Under the pieces are notes generated by a model that searched no databases, was not told the origin of the DNA, and worked only from the letters and a program-made list of their open reading frames with translations. From positions 1 to 30,056 of the forward strand of contig CAYVGZ010000007.1 of assembly GCA_964450845.1 (NCBI GenBank): a stretch of DNA of 30,056 nt. Reading direction: 5' to 3'. The stretch comes from an uncultured Candidatus Bathyarchaeia archaeon (GTDB lineage: Archaea > Thermoproteota > Bathyarchaeia > Bathyarchaeales > Bathycorpusculaceae). Position 1 is the stretch's first letter. Each line of letters opens with the position of its first letter. The position numbers were made by a program, and so were the translations under genes. Below, piece after piece: positions 16,364 through 25,083 of this stretch.

Positions 16364-17222
16364 AGTGTTACATGTTTGGAATACTGCGGGTGTTGGTTCT
16401 GTTATTGCGAAGTTTATGGATAGGTTTTATGGAACAAAAAGTTTTGTTGTGATGCGTAAAGAGTTTAGTAAATTTGATTTTGGTTCTTACTATCGCAACA
16501 ATACTTCAATTTGGGATTGTGGCTCCAAAGCTTTTACTTTTAAGACCTTAGCAAAGTGTTTAGGTGTGGATATTGTTCATGTTCACGGTTTTGACAAGAT
16601 CATTCCTTATATTCGCCATTTTTTAAATAAGCCAATTGTTATTCATTATCATGGTTCTGACATACGCTTTCATTGGGCTGACCATAAGCGGTATTGGAAA
16701 TATGCTGACCGTATTTTTTACGTTACTGAAGAGATGGCTGATGCAACTAAGCCTGATTGTGCCGTGTTGTTGAAGAATCCTATTGACATGGATTTGTTTT
16801 TTAAATCGGTTGTTTCGGAGAATAATAAGGCTTTTCATGTTTCTCGTTTTGCTGATGACTTAGCCAAGGAATATGCTAAGAATCTTGGGTTGGAATTGAC
16901 AATTCATGATAGTACGCTTTCTCCTATTCCTCATAATTGTTTGCCTAATGTTCTCCGCAAATACGAATATTACATTGATGTTAAAAGAGTTAATGACCAT
17001 TACGGTAAGAAAACTGTCGGAAAAGGCACAAGCAAGCTAGGTTTGGAAGCCTTAGCATGTGGCTTAAAAGTCGTACAATGGAACGGGAAAATCTTAAAGG
17101 AAATGCCAACGGAGAATAAACCTGAAACAGTTTCCGAAAAATTGTACAAAACCTATTGCGACTTGCTCTCACTTGATAGCCTCCCTTCTTTTTTTGTTGA
17201 TGTATATGGAAAAAGTGGCTAA
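16347..17222 (+). CDS. Compact GT-B (GT4-like) glycosyltransferase
   Basis: IKVLHV...GVG, DIVHVHG, IVIHYHGSD, LKNPID and C-terminal GLEALACGLKVV. Confidence 0.75.
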   Translation: MTGVIKVLHVWNTAGVGSVIAKFMDRFYGTKSFVVMRKEFSKFDFGSYYRNNTSIWDCGSKAFTFKTLAKCLGVDIVHVHGFDKIIPYIRHFLNKPIVIHYHGSDIRFHWADHKRYWKYADRIFYVTEEMADATKPDCAVLLKNPIDMDLFFKSVVSENNKAFHVSRFADDLAKEYAKNLGLELTIHDSTLSPIPHNCLPNVLRKYEYYIDVKRVNDHYGKKTVGKGTSKLGLEALACGLKVVQWNGKILKEMPTENKPETVSEKLYKTYCDLLSLDSLPSFFVDVYGKSG

Positions 17223-17248
17223 AGATTTTTTTTGATAAGGCTTCAATG

Positions 17249-17331
17249 CAATAATTGTTTAGTTGTGATGCTACGAGCATTAGCTAACCCTTTTAAAGGT
17301 AGTCACCATGAAAAACTTTGGTTGTGATATG
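17249..17331 (+). repeat. Direct repeat, right copy (DR-R)
   Basis: CAATAATTGTTTAGTTGTGATGCTACGAGCATTAGCTAACCCTTTTAAAGGTAGTCACCATGAAAAACTTTGGTTGTGATATG, homologous to 15636-15713. Confidence 0.8.
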
Positions 17332-17345
17332 GTATAATATCAAGT

Positions 17346-18524
17346 TTAAACTGTTACAATTTTAGCTGTTTTAACAGATTCCTCAACCATTCGCCCTATG
17401 TCAAAGTTCTCTTCAGCTTTTTTCACGATTTCTAATTTCGCTTTGGTGGACGGTTTAGTGGGTGCAGCACTGCAGCTCTTGGCTTTTTGGGTTGAAATTT
17501 CGAAAGTGCCGATTTTTCTGGCTAATTCTGTGGTCTCTGTTTTGTCAAAGCCTAAGAGTGGGCGATGTATCGGATATTTTTGTGAGGCGTCGTCTAAGAC
17601 TTTTAGGTTTGTTATTGTTTGGCTTGCTTGTTCGCCTATTGCTTCGCCAGTTACTATGCCCTCTGCTTTCTCGGTTTCAGCTATTCGTTCAGCAATGCGG
17701 TACATCATGCGCTTACATAAAATGCATGTTAGCTTTCTTGGTGCATCTTTGACAAAGGCTTCTAGGTTTTTGCCATGCGGTACAACGTAGATTTTTCTTT
17801 GAAACCCAATTGACCATTCGAAAAGTTTCTTGGCAACTTCTAAGGCTTTGGCTGTGGTCGTTTCATCTGTTAATGGCGTATTATCAAGGTAGACTGGGAT
17901 GATGGGGCATCCGCGCTTCATTACAAGCCAGCATGCTACAGCAGAGTCTATGCCTCCGCTTAAGAGACAGGCAACTTTCGACTGTGAACCAAGTGGAAAT
18001 CCGCCCACACCTTTCAAATTTTCTGAAAAAATGTAAGCGTTGGCATCTCTAACTTCAACGTTAATGGTAAATTGAGGGTTTTTTAGATTTACATGCAACT
18101 TCCTATCTTCTAGACTTTTCAAAACTTGTTTTCCAACTTCTCTACAAACGTCTATGCTTGAATATGGATGTTTTCCAACCCTACGGCAACGGACTGCAAA
18201 ACTGCTTTCACTTTTAATCATGTCAGTTGCCAGCTTAACAGCTGTTTCCACAATATTCTCTGTATGCGAGGTAGTTTGAATTGCAGGAGAAACTGAAGAA
18301 ACTCCGAAAACTCGTGTCAGTTTGGCGGCTGTTTCTTGGGGGTTCTTTGTTTTTATGTAGATTCTGCCTCGTTCGTGTAGGGTTTTCTCGTAGGGAATTT
18401 TGTAGTGTTTTAAGACGTTTTTTATGTTTTTTAGTAACAGCCTTTCATACGTAACCCTTGTTCCTTCGCTTTTTATGCCTATTTCTCCGCCGAACCGAAC
18501 AATTACAGAATCAAACTCTGCGAT
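17346..18524 (-). CDS. thiI: tRNA 4-thiouridine(8) synthase ThiI (THUMP + PP-loop, no rhodanese domain)
   Basis: The frame is open well upstream of the tracked GTG 18251: AEFDSVIVRFGGEIGIKSEGTR...RGRIYI...VFGVSSVSPA. Also LSGGIDS, CILCKR, GEAIGEQASQT, RPLLGFDK, SC. The first codon after the in-frame TAA is ATC (18524). Confidence 0.92.
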   Translation of the reverse strand: MAEFDSVIVRFGGEIGIKSEGTRVTYERLLLKNIKNVLKHYKIPYEKTLHERGRIYIKTKNPQETAAKLTRVFGVSSVSPAIQTTSHTENIVETAVKLATDMIKSESSFAVRCRRVGKHPYSSIDVCREVGKQVLKSLEDRKLHVNLKNPQFTINVEVRDANAYIFSENLKGVGGFPLGSQSKVACLLSGGIDSAVACWLVMKRGCPIIPVYLDNTPLTDETTTAKALEVAKKLFEWSIGFQRKIYVVPHGKNLEAFVKDAPRKLTCILCKRMMYRIAERIAETEKAEGIVTGEAIGEQASQTITNLKVLDDASQKYPIHRPLLGFDKTETTELARKIGTFEISTQKAKSCSAAPTKPSTKAKLEIVKKAEENFDIGRMVEESVKTAKIVTV

Positions 18525-18586
18525 TTAACCCAACCCCAGATCAGGCTTCACAAAAAAGAAGAAAGCAAAAGGATTTAACAATTATG

Positions 18587-19102
18587 TTATTGCGTATGCC
18601 AAGGATTTTGCCACTCTTCTTTGAAGAAAATTTCTGAAAACTCTTTCCTTGGTCTGGGGGCTGGTGTCTCGTCTGGTATGCCAATTGGTAACAGCGCAAT
18701 GACTTTCACATTTGCAGGGATTTTGAGCAGATTCTTAACTGCATTTTCGTCGAAGGCACCAATCCAACAAGTGCCATAGCCCATGGCTGTGGCTGCCAAA
18801 ACAATGTGTTCCAAAGCTATCATTATATCTTTTTCATACCATCTTGCCGACACCTCAGGATCACCGATTCCTACTATGATTGCAGAAGCATCAATCAAGA
18901 ATGTCTGGTTATTAGCCACTTCTGCCAAAGCCTTCTTTCGGTCTATGTCCTGAACTACTACAAAACGCCACGGCTGACGATTACCAGCCGAAGGTGCCAG
19001 ACGAGCAGCCTCTAGAATGCTTCTCAACTTCTCATCTGGGATAGATTCTGATTTGTATTTTCTAATGCTTCTTCGGGTTTTTATTGCATCAAAAACTTCC
19101 AT
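18587..19102 (-). CDS. Nitroreductase family flavoprotein
   Basis: RRSIRKY, APSAGNRQPWRF, GYGTCWIGAF, LLPIGIP. Confidence 0.93.
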   Translation of the reverse strand: MEVFDAIKTRRSIRKYKSESIPDEKLRSILEAARLAPSAGNRQPWRFVVVQDIDRKKALAEVANNQTFLIDASAIIVGIGDPEVSARWYEKDIMIALEHIVLAATAMGYGTCWIGAFDENAVKNLLKIPANVKVIALLPIGIPDETPAPRPRKEFSEIFFKEEWQNPWHTQ

Positions 19103-19243
19103 TTTCTATTTCCTTCCTTAGAAAACACGCTGTCCTTCATAACTTATTACTTTTTCTCAGATCGCTCTGCCTCTAATCAAAGAAGCTCTAATGCGATAGA
19201 AGAAAATGAATGTTGTCGAGAGGTCCTATACTATTCTAATCAT

Positions 19244-19773
19244 TTAAAGTTCTAGGCGTACAAGTGGAAAATCGTCTTTGTCCTTTTTTATTTTGAAGTT
19301 ATACTTTAAGTAAAGTTTTAACGGACCTGAAGGGTTGTTTTCGGAGCTTTTTCTTGCAAAAGTTTCAACGGCTTTAAATCCTCTATCTTTAAGCTCAACT
19401 ATTAAATTTTCAAGCATTCTCGTTCCGAATCCTTTTCCACGCAATTCCTTACTCGTTATATAGAGGCATGCAATAAAAACTGCATCTTCGCTTGGCGGTC
19501 CAGCAGCATATCCTTCATGCGTGGAAAGAATTTTGCTGGCGCATACTGTATAAATCCCATTGGAACGTCGTTGAAATATGCAATTTTTATGCAACTTCCA
19601 AACTCTTTGGTGACTCTGTTAAACCATTCCCGCTTTTTCTTTTCCATCTTTGGCTTCAGCATTTGTTCATCAAATTCATCTTTTGTTTGCCAGTAAAGAC
19701 AATGTTTGCAGGGATTAGGGATGTTTTCGAAATTGTTTTCATTGACGTTCTCAATTTTAAACAACATGCTCAC
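19244..19773 (-). pseudogene. GNAT (YoaP-like) acetyltransferase with apparent 1-bp deletion (~19510)
   Basis: CKHCLYWQ...GFIQYAPAKFFPRMK joins to YAAGPPSEDAVFIACLYI...RGKGFG if one base is added at ATG AAG GA- TAT GCT. May be an assembly error. Confidence 0.85.
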
Positions 19774-19965
19774 TCTTTCTGCTTATTCCTTTTGAGACGG
19801 CATTAAAAACGTTTCTTACAGTGTCACCGTTATGAGTCTATATTCGAGCAAATTCGCAACAATCACCCAAAAACGCGACTCGCTTATTAGAAAAAACCAC
19901 AAGATGAAAAGGAAATTTATAAAAACGATGCTTGATTAACCATTTGTCAAGGCAGGTAAAACGCT

Positions 19966-20970
19966 TTGTGGAGAGATCGGAGGCTAATCTTTATTTTAGC
20001 TTGTGTTGCCCCTGTTCTCTTTATTGGACTGTGGTTGAGTTTTGATTTGACGCTAGGGATAGCGCTTTTGATTTTGGGGGTTAGTCTTTTAGCTTTTTCC
20101 GCTGAGAAAGCAGTTGGGCATTCGATAAGTGTTGCTTCAGCATTGGGAGTGTCTCCCCTCATGATAGGTCTTATAATAGTGTCGTTGGGTACTGATTTTC
20201 CAGAGATTACCAATTCAATTATCTCTTCTGCATTTGGTCACGGCGACATTAACGTAGGAGATTCCTTCGGATCCATCCTCGCCCAGATGACTTTGGTGCT
20301 GGGGCTTCTTGCTTTGGTCGGGGGAAGATTCAAAGTTAAAAGAGAAGAGATAACAGTCATGGGAGCTTGCGAGCTTTTGGCATTAATCGCTTCAGTGTCT
20401 ATGGTTGAAAAGGGGTATATTTCGTGGATTAACGCCGTTTTCTTAGTTGCTAGTTGGCCTTTGCTTATGCTAATCACAAGAAACATTATGAAAAAACCTG
20501 ATGTGACACCGCATACTGAGCAAAAACCATCTTTTCACCTCATGCTAGCCATTGTAGGTTTCATTGGCGTTGCTGTCGGGTCCTACATAGTAATCAGCTC
20601 CGTAATCGCTTTGTCGGCAGTTCTCCATGTGCCTGAGTATCTTATCAGCTTCTTTATAGTCGCTATTGGAACGTCTCTGCCAGAGTTAGTTGTTGATTTA
20701 ACAGCCATCCGAAAGAAGCAATATGAAATCGCCATAGGAGACGCTATAGGAAGCAGCATCATTGATGCTGGTTTTTCTATCGGAATTGGACCCTTAATCT
20801 TCGGCAAAATCACAGTATCTGGAAGGCTTGCGGAAACCACGGGTTTGTATGCGCTATTTTGTTCCTTCGTAGTTATATTAACACTTGCATTACGAAAAAA
20901 GCTAGACGCTAAAGCAGGAGTCTTATTCGTCATTCTCTACTGCTTCGCATATGCGACGCCATACATCTAA
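19966..20970 (+). CDS. Ca2+/cation antiporter (CaCA, YrbG-like)
   Basis: About 10 TM segments, with alpha repeats GTDFPE...GDSFGS and GTSLPE...GDAIGS. Confidence 0.88.
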   Translation: MWRDRRLIFILACVAPVLFIGLWLSFDLTLGIALLILGVSLLAFSAEKAVGHSISVASALGVSPLMIGLIIVSLGTDFPEITNSIISSAFGHGDINVGDSFGSILAQMTLVLGLLALVGGRFKVKREEITVMGACELLALIASVSMVEKGYISWINAVFLVASWPLLMLITRNIMKKPDVTPHTEQKPSFHLMLAIVGFIGVAVGSYIVISSVIALSAVLHVPEYLISFFIVAIGTSLPELVVDLTAIRKKQYEIAIGDAIGSSIIDAGFSIGIGPLIFGKITVSGRLAETTGLYALFCSFVVILTLALRKKLDAKAGVLFVILYCFAYATPYI

Positions 20971-21043
20971 CATGAGCAATTTTTGCCCTAACTACTTTAA
21001 GTATGCAAAAAACAGAAATCACATTACTGCTATAGAATTGCTT

Positions 21044-21880
21044 ATGAGCAATACGGTTGAGATAATATTTCTTGGAACTGGTGGCGGAAGATTCGCAACA
21101 ATCACGCAGAAAAGGCGAACCGCTGGGATACGCATAATAAGCGACAATTTAAACCTGCATTTAGACCCTGGACCAGGAGCCCTTGTACATTCGATAAACG
21201 AGGGGTTAGACCCACAGAAGCTTAACGCCGTTTTTGTCTCTCATAGTCACCCAGACCATTACACAGATGCTGAAGTTTTGATTGAAGCCATGACGAGGGG
21301 CATGACTAAAAAACGTGGAGTGTTATCTGCTCCCAAAAGTGTCTTGAGCGGAAGCGATGTTTGTGAGGCTTCAATTTCAAAGTACCATCAGCAAATGCCT
21401 GAACGTGTGATTGAAGCTGTGCCAAACCTGAAATTCCTAGTTTCCGACGTCAATGTTTCAGTTACGGAGGCAAGACATACAGACCCAGACGCTGTAGGTT
21501 TCAGATTTGAAACTACAGATTTTGGAGATTTCGCCTACACGAGCGACACAGAATACTTCGAAGGAATAGGCAAATACTACGAGGATGTAAGACTTCTCAT
21601 ACTCTGCGTTATGAGACCCGCTGGAAAACCTTGGAAGGGGCACATGACAACAAACGACGCCATAAAAATAGTTGAAGAAACTCGCCCTGAATATGCTGTT
21701 CTGACACATCTTGGAATGCAAATGATCTTTAAAGGACCAGCAAGCGAGGCAAAACTCATAAAGGAGAAAACAGGCGTTCCAACCGTTGCCGCTGCCGATG
21801 GAATGCGTATAAATTTTGGAGAAACAATAAGTGTACAGGTTGGGGGAAAAATTCAGGAAGGATTAAACAAGTTTTTCTGA
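21044..21880 (+). CDS. Metallo-beta-lactamase-fold hydrolase (RNase Z/PhnP-like)
   Basis: FLGTGGG, LDPGPG, SHSHPDH, ARH, YTSDT, GHM, THLG. Start placed at ATG 21044. Confidence 0.9.
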   Translation: MSNTVEIIFLGTGGGRFATITQKRRTAGIRIISDNLNLHLDPGPGALVHSINEGLDPQKLNAVFVSHSHPDHYTDAEVLIEAMTRGMTKKRGVLSAPKSVLSGSDVCEASISKYHQQMPERVIEAVPNLKFLVSDVNVSVTEARHTDPDAVGFRFETTDFGDFAYTSDTEYFEGIGKYYEDVRLLILCVMRPAGKPWKGHMTTNDAIKIVEETRPEYAVLTHLGMQMIFKGPASEAKLIKEKTGVPTVAAADGMRINFGETISVQVGGKIQEGLNKFF

Positions 21881-21931
21881 AAGATTTTAACCAGAACGAT
21901 TTATATAATATGCGGTTAGGATGAAAAGCTT

Positions 21932-22606
21932 ATGCGGATTGTAATAAGAATCGGCGGTTCAGTTGTTGCTTCTCCCATTAACCCTACGTTAATTAGCATG
22001 TATGTAGAGCTATTGAAGGACTTAAAAATGAAAGGGCATGGAGTGGCTGTTGTCGTTGGAGGCGGCACTTTAGCAAGAGACTTCATTAAGGCTGCGAAAA
22101 ATCTGGGCGTGAATGAAAGCGCTCAGGACGAGGTTGCAATTTCTGTTTCAAGAATTTTTGCCCAACTTTTCCTCAAAAAACTGGGAGAATTAGGCTGCGA
22201 AGCCATTCCGTTAACGGTTGAGGATGCTGTTAAATGTTTACGTGATGGAAAGGTTGCGGTTATGGGAGGTTTAAAACCTGGCATGACAACAGACACGGTA
22301 GCAGCGTTAATTGCTGAGAAGGTGGATGCTGATTTGTTAATTAAAGCCACCGATCAAGAAGGAGTTTTCGATAAAGACCCTAGAAAACATGTGGATGCGG
22401 TTCTGCTTGAACATTTAAGCTTTGAAGAGTTGCCAAACGTGTTCGCTGAAAATAAACATAAAGCGGGAATACATCAGATCCTTGATCCAGAAGCAGTCAA
22501 GATTCTGAGACGTGAAAGGGTTAGAGTTGTTGTTGTGAATGGGTTTAAGCCTGAAAATATTCTGGCTGCTGTTGAGGGCAGAAGCGTTGGAACGATGATA
22601 GATTAG
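21932..22606 (+). CDS. pyrH: Uridylate kinase (archaeal type)
   Basis: IRIGGSV, VVGGG..AR, DEVAI, GGLKPGMTTDTVAA, GVFDKDP, ILDP, GTMI. Confidence 0.9.
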   Translation: MRIVIRIGGSVVASPINPTLISMYVELLKDLKMKGHGVAVVVGGGTLARDFIKAAKNLGVNESAQDEVAISVSRIFAQLFLKKLGELGCEAIPLTVEDAVKCLRDGKVAVMGGLKPGMTTDTVAALIAEKVDADLLIKATDQEGVFDKDPRKHVDAVLLEHLSFEELPNVFAENKHKAGIHQILDPEAVKILRRERVRVVVVNGFKPENILAAVEGRSVGTMID

Positions 22607-22633
22607 GTTAGTTTTTGTTTTTGAAGCGACAAG

Positions 22634-22676
22634 TTTAAATATCACTGTCGATATCGATGCCGATATCAATGGTGAT
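22634..22676 (+). promoter_or_regulatory. TATA box, inverted-repeat operator and SD of the padR-ABC operon
   Basis: TTTAAATA (22634-22641), GATATCG-ATGC-CGATATC (22650-22667), GGTGAT (22671-22676), ATG at 22681. Confidence 0.6.
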
Positions 22677-22680
22677 AAAT

Positions 22681-23229
22681 ATGCTTGGAAGACATTGGAC
22701 GAGACATACAGCAATTGTCCCAAAAGGATTCATACGTTATCAAGTGCTTGAATTGCTAGGTGAAAAACCCATGTCTGGCTCAGAAATAATAAATGAAATT
22801 GAAAAGAAAACCGATGGACACTGGAAACCAAGCCCCGGCTCAATCTACCCACTTTTATCATGGCTACAAGATAAAAAGTACATAAAAGAGTTACCACCTG
22901 AACAAGACGGGATGAAACGTTACACGCTAACAGATAAGGGCAAAACTCTCCTAGACGAACAGAGAAAAATAAGGGTGAAATTTAGGAAAGAAGCAAGATT
23001 TATGCCGCCGCCATTCTTAGGAGGATTATGGTTCCACATACCGCCAGAAAAAACTGTTGAACTACGAAGGTCACTGCATAGAGTTTTTTCTGCCTTTTTC
23101 GAGCTTGGAACCAACTTGGAAGAAAAGTTTTCAACACAAGCAATAGAGGATGTTCAGAAAATTTTGAATGAGACAGCTGAAAAAATTGAGGTGTTAAACA
23201 AAAAACTCGAAGGGAAGCAAGATGAGTGA
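22681..23229 (+). CDS. PadR-family transcriptional regulator
   Basis: VLELL..KPMSGSEI...WKPSPGSIYPLL..L...KRYTLTDKG. Start placed at ATG 22681 after the GGTGAT SD. Confidence 0.92.
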   Translation: MLGRHWTRHTAIVPKGFIRYQVLELLGEKPMSGSEIINEIEKKTDGHWKPSPGSIYPLLSWLQDKKYIKELPPEQDGMKRYTLTDKGKTLLDEQRKIRVKFRKEARFMPPPFLGGLWFHIPPEKTVELRRSLHRVFSAFFELGTNLEEKFSTQAIEDVQKILNETAEKIEVLNKKLEGKQDE

Positions 23230-24226
23230 AGAAGTAATTAGGACTGAAGAACTGACGAAGGTTTTTAACAAGCATTTAACAGCGGTTGACCATGTCAACT
23301 TCAGTGTTAAGCAAGGTGAAATCTTTGGGTTCCTTGGACCGAACGGTGCTGGAAAAACAACCACTATTAACATGCTGATAACTATTTTGAAGCCCACCGA
23401 AGGCAAAGCCTCTGTTTTAGGCTTCGACATTGCAAAACAAGACAACAATGTCAGAAACGTGATCGGCTTAGTGCCTCAAGAATACACCGCTGATGAAGAT
23501 CTGACTGGTTCAGAAAATATCCTTTTATGTGCTGATCTGTATGGAATCCCACGCGATGTTGCAAAAGAGCGTGCGGCGGATCTGCTGAAGCTTGTTGAGC
23601 TAACCGAGTTCAAAGATAAGAAGGTTCAAACCTATTCAGGCGGAATGCGTCGCAGACTTGAGCTTGCTTCTGGACTAATTAATAGACCGAAAGTGCTTTT
23701 TTTGGACGAGCCCACCCTAGGTTTGGACGTTCAGACCAGAACCGCAACTTGGGAATACATTAGAAAGCTGAAGAAAGAATTTGGCATGACGCTTTTCATG
23801 ACAACTCATTATCTTGAAGAGGCTGATGCACTTTGCGACCGTGTTGCAATAATTGATCATGGAAAAATAGTTGTTGTGGGTTCTCCTGATGAGCTAAAGC
23901 ATAGCTTGGGTGGTGATTTGATAACTTTGGCAATCAAAGAAAATGAGGATGTGAGCGAATTGATCCAAAAGGTTGAGCACGTTAAGGAGGTCAAGAAGGA
24001 AGAGGGGGCTTATAGAATCAAAGCCGAACTTGGTGAAATAGCCGCGCCTTTTATAATTGAAGCTTTGCGGAAAAAAGGCTATACTGTGACGAGGCTTTCG
24101 TTGACTGAGCCTACGCTAAACGAGGTTTATCTTGAATACACGGGCAAGTCTATGCGCGACGCTGAGGAATCGAGAGAGGCTAATTTTTCTAGGCGGATAA
24201 CCATGAGGAGGGCTAGAGGCGGATGA
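23222..24226 (+). CDS. ABC-2/DrrA-type exporter ATP-binding subunit
   Basis: GPNGAGKTT, YSGGM, LFLDEPT, TTHYLEEAD, C-terminal PTLNEVYL. Confidence 0.95.
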   Translation: MSEEVIRTEELTKVFNKHLTAVDHVNFSVKQGEIFGFLGPNGAGKTTTINMLITILKPTEGKASVLGFDIAKQDNNVRNVIGLVPQEYTADEDLTGSENILLCADLYGIPRDVAKERAADLLKLVELTEFKDKKVQTYSGGMRRRLELASGLINRPKVLFLDEPTLGLDVQTRTATWEYIRKLKKEFGMTLFMTTHYLEEADALCDRVAIIDHGKIVVVGSPDELKHSLGGDLITLAIKENEDVSELIQKVEHVKEVKKEEGAYRIKAELGEIAAPFIIEALRKKGYTVTRLSLTEPTLNEVYLEYTGKSMRDAEESREANFSRRITMRRARGG

Positions 24227-25065
24227 GCGAAATGAACCACAACTCAAAGAGCAGGTTGCATGGCATCTGGGCTTTGACTAATCGAGAGCTCAAGAAATGG
24301 TACAAGGAACCTGTACTATTCCTGCTTTCTATGATTCAACCGATTCTTTGGATGGGTCTGCTGGGAAAGTCAATGAATATAAGTGCTCTTATACCAACAA
24401 ATATTCAAGGAATCGATCCAGAAATTATTATGGAGCAGACTTTTGGAACAAGTGATTATTTCTCTTTTATGGCTGTGGGCATGATTGGTATGACTGCTCT
24501 TTTTACGACAATGTTCAGTGGTATGTCAATAGTTTGGGACAGACGTTTAGGCTTCCTTAATAAGGTTCTGAGTACGCCTGTGTCTAGGGCGGTGATAATA
24601 TTCTCTAAAGTCCTTTCCGCAGCACTGCGATCGATGTTTCAAGCAGGCATCGTGATACTCATTGCTGTTGCATTCGGTCTCCAGTTTGGGGCAAATTTCA
24701 GCGTGCTTAATATACTGGGTGTTTTCGCTATCCTATTCTTATTATGCGTTGGCTTGTCTTCGCTCTTCATTGCACTTACCATAAGATCGACAAGAATGGA
24801 GACTCCAATGGCTGTCATGAACCTGATAAACCTGCCAATGATGTTTGCAAGCAACGCTTTCTATCCAGCGAAGCTCATGCCTGATTGGCTCCAGACTTTC
24901 GTAAGTGTTAACCCTTTAAGCTACACTAATGATGCAGTGAGACAGCTTTTGATATTTAATACTGATTGGGCGCAACTTGCTTTGGACTTTACGTACGTTG
25001 GCATATTTGCAGTAATAGTCGCAACAATAGGCATAGTCCTTTCATGGAGGTTCCTCAGCAAGTAA
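24223..25065 (+). CDS. ABC-2 type permease (DrrB-like)
   Basis: Multiple TM segments, WDRRLGFL...LSTPVSR, SNAFYP...PDWLQ...NPLSY. Confidence 0.93.
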   Translation: MSEMNHNSKSRLHGIWALTNRELKKWYKEPVLFLLSMIQPILWMGLLGKSMNISALIPTNIQGIDPEIIMEQTFGTSDYFSFMAVGMIGMTALFTTMFSGMSIVWDRRLGFLNKVLSTPVSRAVIIFSKVLSAALRSMFQAGIVILIAVAFGLQFGANFSVLNILGVFAILFLLCVGLSSLFIALTIRSTRMETPMAVMNLINLPMMFASNAFYPAKLMPDWLQTFVSVNPLSYTNDAVRQLLIFNTDWAQLALDFTYVGIFAVIVATIGIVLSWRFLSK

Positions 25066-25083
25066 ACAAGTACAAGCAAGAAT

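Larger units (their letters stand above)
15636..17331. mobile_element. Putative small genomic island or degenerate integrated element (TM protein, MTase fragment, glycosyltransferase)
   Basis: Bracketed by DR-L and DR-R, visibly AT-richer, accessory-type cargo, located between housekeeping rio2 and thiI. No integrase is present. Confidence 0.45.

Noticed and set aside
16990-17280. 96-aa minus-strand ORF starting in DR-R
   Set aside because: Antisense to the glycosyltransferase, and the left repeat has no ATG at the equivalent position.
3834-19511. Programmed -1 frameshifting at the broken genes
   Set aside because: No X XXY YYZ slippery heptamer at the break points.
20951-21043. N-terminal extension of the MBL hydrolase ORF
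   Set aside because: Overlaps the antiporter stop and probable promoter; ATG 21044 fits the family start better.
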